A stretch of 62,936 nt of DNA, the filler included, from Rhabdomonas costata (taxonomy: Eukaryota): NCBI GenBank assembly GCA_019059605.1. It is 41 parts of 41 records of this genome, joined end to end, with 100 filler letters (N's around TTAATTAATTAA, not from the genome) between each part and the next. Parts side by side here need not be neighbours in the genome. Positions count along the whole stretch, not along the records: positions 36,904 to 38,340 come from JAHMHO010015973.1; positions 38,441 to 39,876 come from JAHMHO010015974.1; positions 39,977 to 41,414 come from JAHMHO010015975.1; positions 41,515 to 42,951 come from JAHMHO010015976.1; positions 43,052 to 44,487 come from JAHMHO010015977.1; positions 44,588 to 46,023 come from JAHMHO010015978.1; positions 46,124 to 47,560 come from JAHMHO010015979.1; positions 47,661 to 49,097 come from JAHMHO010015980.1; 33 more parts are not named here. The stretch is one strand, 5' to 3'. The notes beneath the pieces are model-generated. The model ran no database searches. It had not been told where the DNA came from and saw nothing but the letters and a program-made list of their open reading frames with translations. The position numbers and the translations under genes are program-made. How positions within the stretch are numbered: the first letter of the stretch is position 1; each line of letters begins with the position of its first letter. Below, in pieces: positions 37,259 through 50,237 of the stretch.

Positions 37259-38075
37259 CGGCTTGAGATTGGTTCGGCGGTGCAGGACGCCCAGCAGGGT
37301 GTGCATCCTCTCAAAGACCCGGGGGTCAGCACACCGCAGAGCCCCACTGATGTACCCCTGCAGCAGCTCCGTCACCACGAGAAGCTTGGCTCCGCAGCAC
37401 TCCTGGAGCACCCAACCGCAACCCATCACCTGGTTCTGCGGAGGCATGCCCATTTTCGAGGCAGAGATCATGGCCGATTTTTCCGATCAATCAATGAGCA
37501 ATCAGTATCTTTAGGTTTGCGAGTTTTGGTATGAATCGGTGACGCGGGGCCGATACTCCCCCCCCCACCCTTCTCTTCATGAGCACCCATCTCTCCTTTT
37601 CAGTTTTCGTTTATATGTGAACCTCGCAGCATGGAGTCATTCTGACTCGCATTAGGGTGACCTTGGGGAGGGGGGCACTCCTGCAGAGCGCGGAGGTAGA
37701 CATCCCCGACAGCCTCCCAGATGGACTTCCGTTGGTGGTCCAGCAGGCACCGCCTCAAGCACTGAAATACCAACCCAGGAGAAACACAACGAGGAGTCGC
37801 AAGGCCCCCATGTACGAAGAAAAAGGGAAAAGGGAAAAGGCAAACGGGCAAAGACAGCGGGGGGTCTGCTGAAGAGCGCCAGTTGGAAGTGCACGAATTT
37901 GTAAAGTGAGCGAGGGAGTTTTGCGGTTCCCGTTTCATCAGAGCGTACCAGGTGTACATCGCGGGCCATCTCCGCAGAGAGCGTGAACAGGAAGGCCAGC
38001 AGCCGTCGGCCCTCCTCCAGGCCCAACACCTCTGCGGAGCATAGCGCCAGCACGGCCTGGTAGAACTCCCGCGAG
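37259..38075 (-). CDS. NCAPG2: Condensin II subunit CAP-G2 (exons 38075-37949, 37761-37681, 37402-37259)
   Basis: EEGRRLLAFLFTLS...VH|...IWEAVGDVYLRALQ|ECCGAKLL...LLQGYI parallels the CAP-G2 EEGRRFL..LF...IH...EIYFRAW..A.G...IQDF region. Confidence 0.75.
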
Positions 38076-41000
38076 CTGGCAACCAAACAAGAAAAAAACA
38101 GCGCACCACCCTCACCACTGAAAACAACCGTCAGGAAAAGACTCACACCCACCTTACTGTGATGGAAGTGATGGAATTGGGGGATGTATAAGCTTCTAGT
38201 TTGGGTGACCGAGACAGTGTATAAATTGAAGTTGTGCAGTTGATGCATAAGCCAGTGCCAGTGATAAGCCAGCGGAAATGACCAACTTCAATTTATACAC
38301 TGTCTCGGTCACCCAAACTAGAAGCTTATACATCCCCCAANNNNNNNNNNNNNNNNNNNNNNNNNNNNNNNNNNNNNNNNNNNNTTAATTAATTAANNNN
38401 NNNNNNNNNNNNNNNNNNNNNNNNNNNNNNNNNNNNNNNNGGTTTGTGGTCCACTGCCATGAGTACGGAGCGTTTACACACACGCTTACGCTTTTTTGGA
38501 CAGCGGAAGGACAACTGCGCACTCCCCCCGATCCCGCGGTCCAAAAAAGCGTAAGCGTGTGTGTAAACGCTCCGTACTCATGGCAGTGGACCACGAACCG
38601 TACATCCCCAAATACTTCTTGAACGCAGACTGAGGGGAAGATATAAATTGGACATCAGAGCAAGCAGACAACGATGCATGGCAGGCGCCAGACGATCGAG
38701 TAATGGGGGCGAAGATAAAGAACAATAAGCGTCAGCGTAGGTAAGTGCATGGGATGGCGCTCCACAGAGAGCCTGACAAGTGGGTACCACACAGGGGGGG
38801 GGGCTTGACCTGGCTCCGGTTTCCGCTTCTTTTGGGGCTGAGCCATTTCCTCAAGACAGAACAGAACTCCCACACAGACCCCTTCCCTCTCCTCTTAAAA
38901 AAGGCTTACTGTGCAAGTGGAGCCACAGGGTCCTCATAAACTCTTTTCAAATTGGCGACCTTGCCCACCCGTGCCATTCGCTGGTCCCCCAACACTATTT
39001 CTTGGAAACATTGGACAGAGTTACAATTGGCGCTGCGCCAGGTAGCTTTTGGCGCTCACCAAGTTCGCAGTTCGCAGCGGTTAAAGAACAGGCAAGCACG
39101 CATCCAGAAAGCACGCATCCGGCCAATGAAAAATGATGCGCGTACCACCCCATTACTTTTTGTACAGGTTAATGCTGATGCTGATGAAAACAAAATTCTG
39201 GTGCATGAAAATCATGTTGAGCGAAAAATCTGGCATGCATACAAATTGATTGACTGACTTGAAATTCTCGGAAATTTCTCGCCCTCGTTTTGTTCGGAAC
39301 AAACGAGAGAGCTAGAGTGCCTTTTCCTGGCCAGCCTATTCAGGTGAAATACGAGAATGACGGGAGTTCCAGTCCCAGAAAGTCACGGTCTCAGCGCAGG
39401 ATGCTCCAGCTGCGCACTGGCCCAAGGGGAAACACAACAGGGCACAGCTCCCTATCTCTCTCTGTCTCACTCACAGTACATAGCAGAAGTGATCAAACAA
39501 AGGCCGCGGCGGGCGGGGGGAGGTGCGCACGCGCACGCGCACGGCAAATCTTGAGCCGACGAAAAAAAGCAAGGGCTGGGGGTTCGAGTTGTCAAGCGGA
39601 GGGACCAGGGAACTATTCGTTAAAGCCTCCCTCCGGGTTTCATTCCCTTACCACTGTCCATGCACCACATACTGCTTAGCAATCATCACGGCAAGAAGTG
39701 GGTTCAGTGAAAAAAGTACCAACACGCACTACGCATAACCACACCAACCTGCACTGTCATGGACACACCGTTTCAGACGGAAAAAAATACAGGAGCCCAC
39801 CTCCGGGGAAACCATGCGTGGGGACTCCAGATGTATGTACAGGGGACAAATCAATCATAAAGATAACAAAAAACAANNNNNNNNNNNNNNNNNNNNNNNN
39901 NNNNNNNNNNNNNNNNNNNNTTAATTAATTAANNNNNNNNNNNNNNNNNNNNNNNNNNNNNNNNNNNNNNNNNNNNTTTTTGTTGTCACCCCTCTCTCAC
40001 TCACGTGTTTTTTTTTGCCCCCAAGTGTTGCTTCGAGTTAGGGTTGCAGCTTTTCGGGACACTTTCAGCTTTGCGGGCAGTTCTCAGAATGCAACTAATG
40101 AGGTCCTTCGACGCTGTCCTTGCTGCCTCAGCTTCGTTTTCTGCTTTAAGCATCTTGCAAGTTTTCTTGTTATGGAGTGGTTGGGTAGGATGCAATGTCG
40201 AACGAAATAACTTAAGGTTAGCGTAGCCTGCAGGTGACGTTTTCACTGCACTTCTCCAGGCCAGTATTGCCAGAGGATGCGCCCCTGACCTTGTCTTGTT
40301 TGTTTTGTCTTGTTTGTCATAGGGCGACCAGATCATGTTTTGGACTCGGAGACGCAACGACTACACTGCCTTGTATGGTCCAAAGTTTGGCGCGGTGGTC
40401 TTGCAGCACGTTCGAGTGGGCAGTTGCATTTTAGACGGTGCTGTTGCGACTGGGAATGGGAGGAGGATGGAGAGTTCCTTCGTTCTTCAAGGTTGTAGTT
40501 CGATCGATGAAGGGAAAAGGGTTGCCGCGAGTTATGCCCATGCATTGGGGCCTTCTGTGGTTGCCATGGGGACTTCGTGTGTCACATGAGGCAGGTTTCT
40601 CAGGGCCTAACTTTTGGAAACCGCTTCTCTCTCTGTCCTACTTTTCAACGAACACGGGGCGCTATCTGGGCACACTTTCGATTAAGGATTCCCAATGGAT
40701 CTCCCCCGTTCTGGTCCACAGTCTCTTCCTCTCTTTCGGGAGGTAACTTGCCAGCAGGGTCATTTTCTCTCTTACCGAGGTTTTGCCATATTTCCAGCCT
40801 CGCAGCCACAGAGGCCAAAGCGTTTTCGGGCGCATAAGGGTTTGCCCACGTACAGGCCACACCCGTGGAGAAATTTGCATGACGTGTTTTGTGATGTATG
40901 TTTGACGCGAGGCCAATAGGCATGACAGGAGGCAAAAAAAACGCTCCTCGAAAGTCCAGTCATTGTGTGACAATGAACACGTTATTTTTGTTTATTTGTA

Positions 41001-41930
41001 AACCCAAAAAAAACGTGACCAGGCAAATATGGCGCGCGTCGTGTGATAAGTGAGAGTTACTCTTCTTCTTAAAAGCCGAGATGTGATGAAACTCATCAGG
41101 TCGTCACCACACAAAGTCGCGTGCCATGACAGAAAACCATGTGACTATGTAGCCTTTTCAGTGCGCCGTTTGCGAAGATACCTATTTCCACCAACCAAGC
41201 TATTCAAATGCAACATTGCAACAGAAGTTCCACAGCAGTTTTCGTAGTAAATATCACTTGCAAAAACACCTCCTTTGGATTTCATCTCAAAAACCCTCAC
41301 TTTTATGGTGGCACGTACAATATTAACATTAGAATCCCGGAAACAAAAATAAAGGGGAGGGATGGGCGAATTGTGGAGGCGCCAAAAAGCACATCAGAGA
41401 AAAGTGCATTTATGNNNNNNNNNNNNNNNNNNNNNNNNNNNNNNNNNNNNNNNNNNNNTTAATTAATTAANNNNNNNNNNNNNNNNNNNNNNNNNNNNNN
41501 NNNNNNNNNNNNNNTGGTGGGGGGTGTAGGGCAGGCGGAGGGTGCCTGAGCTTGAAGCACACAAACAAAAGCAAAGAAAAGGAAGCACAAAAAGGGGCGA
41601 GTAGAATTACAACACGAATAAAACACTGCGGAGCGGAGAAGGATCCAGAAGTTTCTTTCAGTTCCTTCCGAGGACCCCCAACCACAGCCCATCACACCTA
41701 CCAAAGTCCTCCCTTGTAAACGCTCAGCGCAAAACAGCAGTTGCTGAAACACAGTACTTTTCTTCTTTGCAGTGACTGCATCGTAACGACTCTGCAGGAA
41801 GAGATTTCATCCAAGTAAGGTAACTCGCTATCGCATTTGAGCACCGACATCTTAGCCCTTAAAGGAGGGATTAAGGAACAAAATACTTATTGATAAAAAT
41901 CTTCTGACAAGACCGCCTTAATCAAACCTT

Positions 41931-42703
41931 TCACCACTGCGCGATCACCGCGAAAAAAAAAGCAGCAAAAAAACCAGCCAAAACATCCATGTAACTCGGG
42001 TTCTCAAACCACATCTTCTGAGAAGAAGGGTGGTGGGCGGGGTGGACCGCAAAGTGGACAAAAGGTGACAAGGGAAAACACAAAGGTTGCCAGTTTGTAC
42101 AACACCCACACACCCCTACACCCAAAATAGCTGCCCCTCGACGTTGGGGATTGCTCAACACATCTATGGACAAAATGGTGTTGCAAAGGGGTGAGTCCTT
42201 TTGCAGGGAGGAAGGGTGATCAAATACAGCCTCTCAGTGCGCCCAGCCTGGCGGCCGCAAAGGGGTCTCGTCCGTCACCTTCTGCCTCCTGCAAAAAAAG
42301 GAAAGCAAGAAAACTGGTGTGACCCAAAAAAGCCAGGCAGGAAATCCCGGACAATCCAACATGATGTCACTATCCCCCACCTTCTCCCTTTGGTTTCAAG
42401 TTTGCCTTCGTGGCACCTTGTGAGATTTTTGGATGTTCAGGGAGGCTTTTGGGGATGAATCCAACGTCCGATGTGGAACGTACATCCCAACGTCAAAATC
42501 AGCACTGTGAGAACTACAGCTCCCGAGGCAAAAAGTAAAGACACCTGTTGAAGGGGTTGTCTGCGCTGAGTTCTCCGTGGCTCATCTCGGCCATTGCGGG
42601 CTTCTTCCGGGGCACAGTGGAAGACACAGTGCCGCTATGCAGACCACCGAAGTTTCGGTTCGGCAGGGTGGTGGAGCCCATGAGCTGCGCTTGCTCGGCT
42701 TCC
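41931..42703 (-). CDS. Possible tail-anchored protein, last exons (~42703-42545, ~42017-41931)
   Basis: ADNPFN(R)|RCGLRTRVTWMFWLVFLLLFF hydrophobic C-terminus; the end depends on the length of a T homopolymer. Confidence 0.35.
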
Positions 42704-43178
42704 CTTCATTTTATTTCAGAAAATAGCACACGGATGGAATGGTTCCGTCCCTTTCCCCTGAATTTGGCTGTACCCTCCATCGTTCACTCCGGAGTCTGTT
42801 GAAACAACCTGAGCACCTTGTGCCGGTAAATGTGTTATTGGCCAAAGCCAACAAACCCACACCAAGGATACCCGCGCGAAATCCTCCGCAACGGTTCTCA
42901 CGGCCATTCAATATCCATTCGATCTCCTGCTTCCGAGGAAACCACCCACCCNNNNNNNNNNNNNNNNNNNNNNNNNNNNNNNNNNNNNNNNNNNNTTAAT
43001 TAATTAANNNNNNNNNNNNNNNNNNNNNNNNNNNNNNNNNNNNNNNNNNNNGTTGTCGTTGACGCTGTTGTCTTTTTTGGTGGTGTTTTTCTATTTTGGA
43101 GCCCTCCCCGTACAAGTGTAGGTGTGCCATGCAGAGCGTCCGCCAACACTTCCAACAACTTTTTTCCCATGCTGATCG

Positions 43179-43755
43179 GAAGATTCTACAGGCTTTAGGG
43201 AGCGGTACTGCGCTCTCTCCGTCTCTTTCGCAATGCGGAGAAGAGAAGAGAAGAGAAGAGATTCTTTCGGACGGGTGCGCGTTTCGGGGGTTGGGTGATG
43301 GCAGGGCACTACGTGATACTTGTGAATATTGTGGGGGTCACCAAGCCCCTTGTTTCCAATTTGCGTCTCTCGCGTTGTGCCACCCCTCTTACTAGCGTAG
43401 GTGTGTTGTGCTTTGCAGAGCGGCGGCAACACCCTCTGTTTTCCTGTGGCTGGAGGGCGAAGGAAGATTCTGCAGGCTTTAGGTGAGCGGTATTGCACAA
43501 TCTCTGCTTCTTCTTTTGCAGTGCGGAGAAGAGAAGACGTCCTTCCGCACGCGTGCATTTTTGAGGGCTGGAGGGTGGTAGGGTTATAACGAGGCGTGCT
43601 TGTGGGCATTGTGTGCTGTACCTCCGTGACCCTGGCCCCCATCGTGAAGGGGGAAGGGGTCCTCACGTGGTGTTTTTTTGTGTGTTTTTGAACTTCTTGT
43701 GGGTCGTATTGTCCTCCCTCTTTCTCTGCTTTTTGAAGTGCGGACGAGAGAAGAG
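43179..43755. repeat. Degenerate direct repeats, ~280-bp spacing
   Basis: AAGATTCTRCAGGCTTTAGG..AGCGGTA...GCGGAGAAGAGAAGA at ~43179 and ~43464, partial at ~43735. Confidence 0.6.
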
Positions 43756-45207
43756 GTGCTTTTGGATGGGCGCACGTTGAGACGGCGACAAGGTTCGCTG
43801 GTTCCCTAACCCCGCCCTAAAAAAACGGTGGGGACCTCGGAAAGCGTACATCACCACCCAACCCTAGGCTTCTTGCTGGCTGCTCCACTGAGGCCGTTAA
43901 CGAACAGTATTCCTTCCCTTTTTTCTCGGTGTGTGTGTGGGGGGGGGGCGATAGCTGGAGTCCTCATTAGATGGGGGAGGTAATAGCCCAAGTGTTGCTA
44001 TTACCGCTAAACGTATAACGCCCCGCCCCCCTGAGTGCCGATGCCGAAGGTGAACACGCAGCGGAGTCAGGGTCGTCGGGCCCAAGTGCGAAACACCACC
44101 CTGGTGGCCTACCGCAATACTGACAACACCGTGTAGCCCAGTCCACCCGCACTGCATTACCTTCCAACGCACCGAGAAACGAAACGCTAACATGAAGCCA
44201 GGCGAAGCCTCCTAAGGCGACGTGGAACGATAAGAGCGGTCATGATGCTCGAGTGAGTTGCAGGTATGAAAGCAATTATGCAATGGAGGGAGGAAGTGCA
44301 GAGCGACAGGAGGGGGCACCCTGCAGGCGGTCATCGAAACTGGAGTTGAATGCCCTTATTTTACTGTGGACAAACCTGAGAAACGAACCCCAAGCGCTAT
44401 CCCCACCTTTCCGCATTGCTAAGAAGCAGAATAACAACCAAAGCCAGCGGAGATAAAGAACAACTATTCCCTACAGATCAGTGGAATNNNNNNNNNNNNN
44501 NNNNNNNNNNNNNNNNNNNNNNNNNNNNNNNTTAATTAATTAANNNNNNNNNNNNNNNNNNNNNNNNNNNNNNNNNNNNNNNNNNNNGGGTTTGGGGTGG
44601 ACTTTGGCCCGTGCGTGGGTATGTGTGGATTTTTTTTAGAATGCCCTTTTCAGATTGGGTGGTTGGAATTCCATTTTTCATCTTAAAGCATTTGTAAGCG
44701 TTTTTTGTCCTGATACGGAATTTTACATGCTGCGGGATATGGCGCAGATCCTTCACCCGGGTCGAGAGGTGCTGGTTGCATGGGCTCTGGGTTGGTTGAG
44801 CAAGCATCCTGCGGGTATTCTTTTTCCATTTCTTTATGCAGTTCTTCTGGAGGTTCGTAACAAGCCCCATCCAATGTGGAAAGCTCCACCCGAGAGTTCA
44901 CAGCCAAGCCCCCGGATTCACAATGTTCGCATTGTGTGGTCGCTTTATTGGATAGAGTAGTTGCTCTGCCCGCGCAGACGCATCGTGCCACAGTGGTTTA
45001 CCGGAGTGTCAGTACATGCCCCACATTGCTAGCTACGCACTCCGCTGTTGGTATCGGCGACGCGTCCGTTTCCACTCCCCAAGACGCTCGATTCGTTGCC
45101 CAGCGTCATTCTGCGTTGACGGCCATTGATATGTGAACTTCGAGATGGATGAAACATTGCAGAGACCGGTTACTCTTTCTATATCTCTCGCGCGGCTCCG
45201 CCTGCAG

Positions 45208-46005
45208 CGCGATGGACTGTGGAGTACCTCTGTGAGAAGGAGGACAAGCTCGTCTCGGTCCACGAGTGCGCCACCTCAGGTGGCGCGCTGGACTTCGTGG
45301 ACAAGAACTTCACCTTCACCGTGATGCCCTTTGCGGAGCTCGTCCGACGCACCCTTAGCCCAGACGCTACCCCAGGGCAGCTCTACTTCCGCTCCATGGG
45401 GGCGAACATGCGGAAGGAGCCCTCGGACATTTGGAAGAACTTCGCCATCGCGGCGGACTTTCATGTCCCGGAGTTTATGCGGAGCAGCGTGGAGTCGCGG
45501 TGTGCTTTTGTCTAATTGAACTCCATGACTCCATTTTTGTTTTCTTTGAAGAAATTGTTTCAATAATTGCGCGCTCTGAACTTGACGAGAAGAGCCTTGG
45601 AGGCGAGCTACATATATATGTATATGGCTGAGTTCCCTGGGATGGGCTGTCTGCAAGATGTTGATTGTGGAGAGGCGTGCCTTTTCAAGATCGAAAATTA
45701 CTGACTGCCAGCCTGCCCTGCTTAATTCACGGAGTGGGTGGAACTTCGCTGATTCGATCGGGCAATGAAATGTCATCAACCCAGGACATGCTGGTGGACA
45801 AATTCACAAAAAAAAAAGTGCCAGTTTTTTGCTTCTTCCTGTTTCTATTGGGTTCATTTGGGGAGGGCTCTTTGGACAGCGTACCACTTGTTGTTTGGTT
45901 CACGCTTCCTCGATAAAAAGGATTTTTCAGAGTGTCCTGCGGATCGGGTCTCCTGCGCTGCAAGTCTTCACCCACTACAACATCATGGACACCATCCTGT
46001 TCCAG
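45208..46005 (+). CDS. TYW5-like JmjC (cupin) domain protein, exons 45208-45499 and 45921-46005
   Basis: RWTVEYL...VSVH...LDFVDKNF...MPFAELV...YFRSMGANMRKEPSDI...|IFQSVLRIGSPALQVFTHYNIMD. Confidence 0.85.
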
Positions 46006-49000
46006 GTCTTTGCTGTGCTGGGANNNNNNNNNNNNNNNNNNNNNNNNNNNNNNNNNNNNNNNNNNNNTTAATTAATTAANNNNNNNNNNNNNNNNNNNNN
46101 NNNNNNNNNNNNNNNNNNNNNNNGAGCGGTTGAGGCCGCTGGAGTTCTGCTGACACTGGTGGAGGTGGAGGGGAGGACTTGCAATGGGGAGGATGTGAAA
46201 GCTGTTGTTGGTGACAGGGAGTGTGCTCTGTGAATAAAGCTGGAAAGCATTTGCAGTTTGGTTTGGTTCGGCTTATTTGTCGCGTTTTCGGCACACCGCG
46301 CCAGAGCAAAAAACCAAGCCAGCACAGCTAGACCAGAAACCATTCACGTTGAAGAGGTGCAACTCGACCAAAAAAAATCACACGAAAAATCACATACATG
46401 TCAGGGTCGGACAGAACTGTCCGTTTTTGGCCACTGCAGTTTTCATTTTTCTCTGTGTTTCTATCCGCGTTTTTTGTTTCCTTCAATGGAAGTGGGGAAA
46501 GAAAATGTGCGGGACATTCTCCGAAGATTTCGATAAGACATCGTACGGTACATTATTGCGAACAATGCCATCACGAACTTGATGGAACAGGGCCACAGAC
46601 CTTCATGAATGGTTTCACAGAATATTTGCCCAAGGGCCACTGCTGACAGCATAGCAACCCCCCGGAAAACAACTGTACGTTAGCACAAGTGAAAAGGAGA
46701 GGACAGGATGGCAAGTGCAATCCCTCCCCAACCACACGTACCGGCGCAGAGTCCGCCAGCATTGGAGCAAATTATAGCACACTCAACAGGCAAATTACAT
46801 TTCTCAAGTCACTTGTGACAACACACAGAACGCGCGAAAAACATGCCAGAAAAAAAGAAACCTGAAACCAAAATGCAGCGCAAGAAGTCGTTGGTAATTC
46901 CCAGGGGACAACAAATTTTACTATTCTAGGGGACAACAAAGAATTGTGCACAATGCAATCTCTTGCCTATTTTACCTGACAACGGAGAGATGGGAAAACT
47001 TTCTCTTTTTTAAAGGGAGGTGTTTTATATAAGGCACATGGCTGGGGAATGAATTTCGTTTTATCTTTTCTGTGAGTGAAGTTGTTAATTTGCGTAAGTG
47101 GATTGGTTGTCCTCCCCTTTATTTGCCTAAAACATCAGGGCTCGAGAGAATTTCCCTACATTTTGCTGATATTGCTCAATTGCTTAAAGACAATTGACAA
47201 AAAAGGTGACGTGACGCTTCTTTAGCTGTTCGTTGCAGATCTGGCTGATGTCATCCATGAAGAAATCGAACTTTTGCCTTAGCATCTAACACTCTTATTC
47301 TTGAAATGAACCACGCCTTACAATGGTGTTTGCCTTATGATAAAAAAATGTTCTTACAAGTCGTGGAACGGGATCAAGAAGACAGGGACCGTGGCTGCTG
47401 CTTTTCCGGTGTTTCCCGGTGGAACGGCTGCAGCATTTTAGTTAAAATCTGTGGTGTTTGCGCTTGAGTTGATCTTCAACACCTCTAACCACCCACAAAG
47501 GTCATCACATCATCTTTACCATAGAACAGCAATCCTTGTCTTATGAAAGGAAACCAAACCNNNNNNNNNNNNNNNNNNNNNNNNNNNNNNNNNNNNNNNN
47601 NNNNTTAATTAATTAANNNNNNNNNNNNNNNNNNNNNNNNNNNNNNNNNNNNNNNNNNNNGTGGGTGGGTAATGTAAGGTAAGTAATGTTAGGGAGGAAA
47701 GGAAATCTGGGGGGCAATTATCTTTTTTCGGGTGGGTGGTCAGAGCCCCGCAAATCACGGACGAATAGGTGTGGTACGGTACGGAAGCCGTTAGCATATC
47801 CCACTTGGAGTCCGGATTTCGCCCATGGGGATCTGGAGCAGTGCTTTACCGATCCAAGTGAAAACAACGGTAGTTCAGGTGATATGTGGGCCACCAAAGC
47901 TGCTCCCACAGGTCCAAACTGGCACCAAACGGGAACCTTTCCCAGACTACAGGCAGTGGACTCAACAGATGTTCAGTGAAAAACAGGACTGGAAGCAGAC
48001 TGGAGCACTGCATGCCCGCCAGTTCTGAAACAAAAATGCACGTGCTGAAGTCGTACAAAACAAAGTTGTCGGAAGGATTCGTGCTCCTTCTTCAAGGCTA
48101 TGTACAATCAAAAGATCAATGGATCAAAAGAAACCCCCAAAATAGGAGATGGGATTCCTGAACAAAAAGGTACGCACAGGGAACTTTACCACCACAACGG
48201 TGGTGGGGTTGTGAGGTTGGGGAACCACTACCGGCCGAGGAAAGAAAAGCCAACAAAGTACCGCACACAACGTGCTAGGGTTACACATGGGCTCCATTTT
48301 TGGGTAGATTTTCCCCAAAAGAGGCCTAGGAAAAAAGAGCCTCCGGGGGACAAGAAGAGAGGCAGGAGCGAAAGTTACAGCTCGGGAAGGTTGCGGGGCA
48401 GGCGGTCGAGGTATCGTTTCAGGCGATCAGGAAGGTCTGTGAACAAGCATGGTGCCCGCAAAGTACCCATTTGCGTGTTCAGGCAATTTGAGCGCAAGCT
48501 GGATGAGCTCTCTGACATTTGCGCGGCAGCGGGAGGGAGACAGGTAGCTATGCACTGTGCCACGTGGTGCCCCTCACCTGATACCTGGCAGTGAGGTGTA
48601 GAAAACTGTCGTAGCGAAGCGAAAGTTTTTCGGAGAAAACTGCCATTTCTGCACATTGGGCCTTCATAATGGGTGCCTTCATTAATGACGTTATGTAAAA
48701 CCGGTAATCATGCCAAGTTAAGATGCTACTTTGGAACCATCGAATAAAAATTCATCAAAGGCCACTGTGATGAAGCGAGTTAATATGTCATGTTGATCAG
48801 GTCACGGAAGGTTGATAAAACTACCCGTTCGCAGGTGTTCGAGCGACACTGGCATCTCGACAAAGCATCTCCTTCGCGCACTGGTGCACATAAGGGATTA
48901 CAAAAGGGGGCAAGGATTCTTACTCCCCAGGCGATGGTGCACCACAATGTTGGGAGGGGGGGGTTACCCAGTGCTGCTTCATGACAGCACACTCAGACCA

Positions 49001-50103
49001 GGCTCCCGTATCAACACGCTGGCTTCTGGCCACCCCAAGAAACTGCCCTCCCCTCCTTGACTACATGGCGTCCCACTCGTCCATTAAAACCAACCACNNN
49101 NNNNNNNNNNNNNNNNNNNNNNNNNNNNNNNNNNNNNNNNNTTAATTAATTAANNNNNNNNNNNNNNNNNNNNNNNNNNNNNNNNNNNNNNNNNNNNGTT
49201 GTTGTTGCTAAACCCTTCTTGGAAAAACTTGTTTCTCCGATTCGGCGGACAGAAATATGCCAATACACGCGAAGCTGGTGAAACTCGCATGATGTACCAA
49301 TCATGTTTCAGAACTCTTTCGCGCGCTATTTTGAGTGTTTCTTTTTTTTGCTCCGCCGAAGTTTTCTTCTTGCAATTATCACAAATACACCAGACTCTGA
49401 CATTGGTGCCAGGACAGGTCGCGTAAAGCAATCCTCTGTGCTCATAGTTCAAGGCTCCCTCAAAGCAAACCTCGCAGAAAAGTACACTTGCGCTGTGGCG
49501 AAGGCCACCGCGCACCAGAAAGTAACATGAGAAACAGTAAAAAGCATTGTACATCCAGCCAGGGTATCAGCGCATCTCCTGAAACTCGTGCTTGCGCTCA
49601 TCCGGGTGGTACAGCACAATCGTCCCTGCCGTAGGAATAAAAAATCACTGCATCCGCTCTTCTTCGCTTTCTGCAGCCTGAGTTCTAACTTGACCAATGC
49701 GACAACCTCCTCACCCAAATCTTCTGCATCGCAGCGACTGCTGCTGATAAAAACGAGACAAACGCGCTCACTCTCGCGGTGCGTGAGCACACCGTTGGCT
49801 GCAAAGCTTCCCGGGTTGGCAAATCTGCAGTCCATGTACTCAGCTTCCCAGACCTCACCAGGCTCGCATACAAAAACCTGTGCGCGTTTTGTGTGTTGTC
49901 CAGATGACCTACTGCCCACCCCAAACCTCCCATTCAACGAAAGAGGTTGCAGGATTCCCTGCGGCTTCGGGAAAAAGGCAGACAACACTACGAAGCCGTA
50001 TTTGGGTTCTCTACCGATTCGGCCTTGTGCACAGCTTGATGGGAGGGGGGAGGGCTGGGGCGCGCGATAGGAGAAACCGGACTGTAGTCCAAGGCAAACA
50101 CAC

Positions 50104-50237
50104 CGTATCAGGCAAGGGAAACAGACGCAAGGAGTGGTCATGGGCCCAAAACACCGGTGTCACCGTGAAGGGCACGCAGCTCAGGTGGGCCTGATCCACC
50201 AATGTCTTCATCAAATGCTGCGAGGTGTCACACACAG
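50104..50237 (-). CDS. POLE2: DNA polymerase epsilon subunit 2, internal exon
   Basis: HLMKTLVDQAHLSCVPFTVTPVFWAHDHSLRLFPLPDT; AG/GT bounded. Confidence 0.9.

Noticed and set aside
38177-38594. Two long perfect hairpins flanking a linker
   Set aside because: Independent terminal fold-backs of two unrelated contigs
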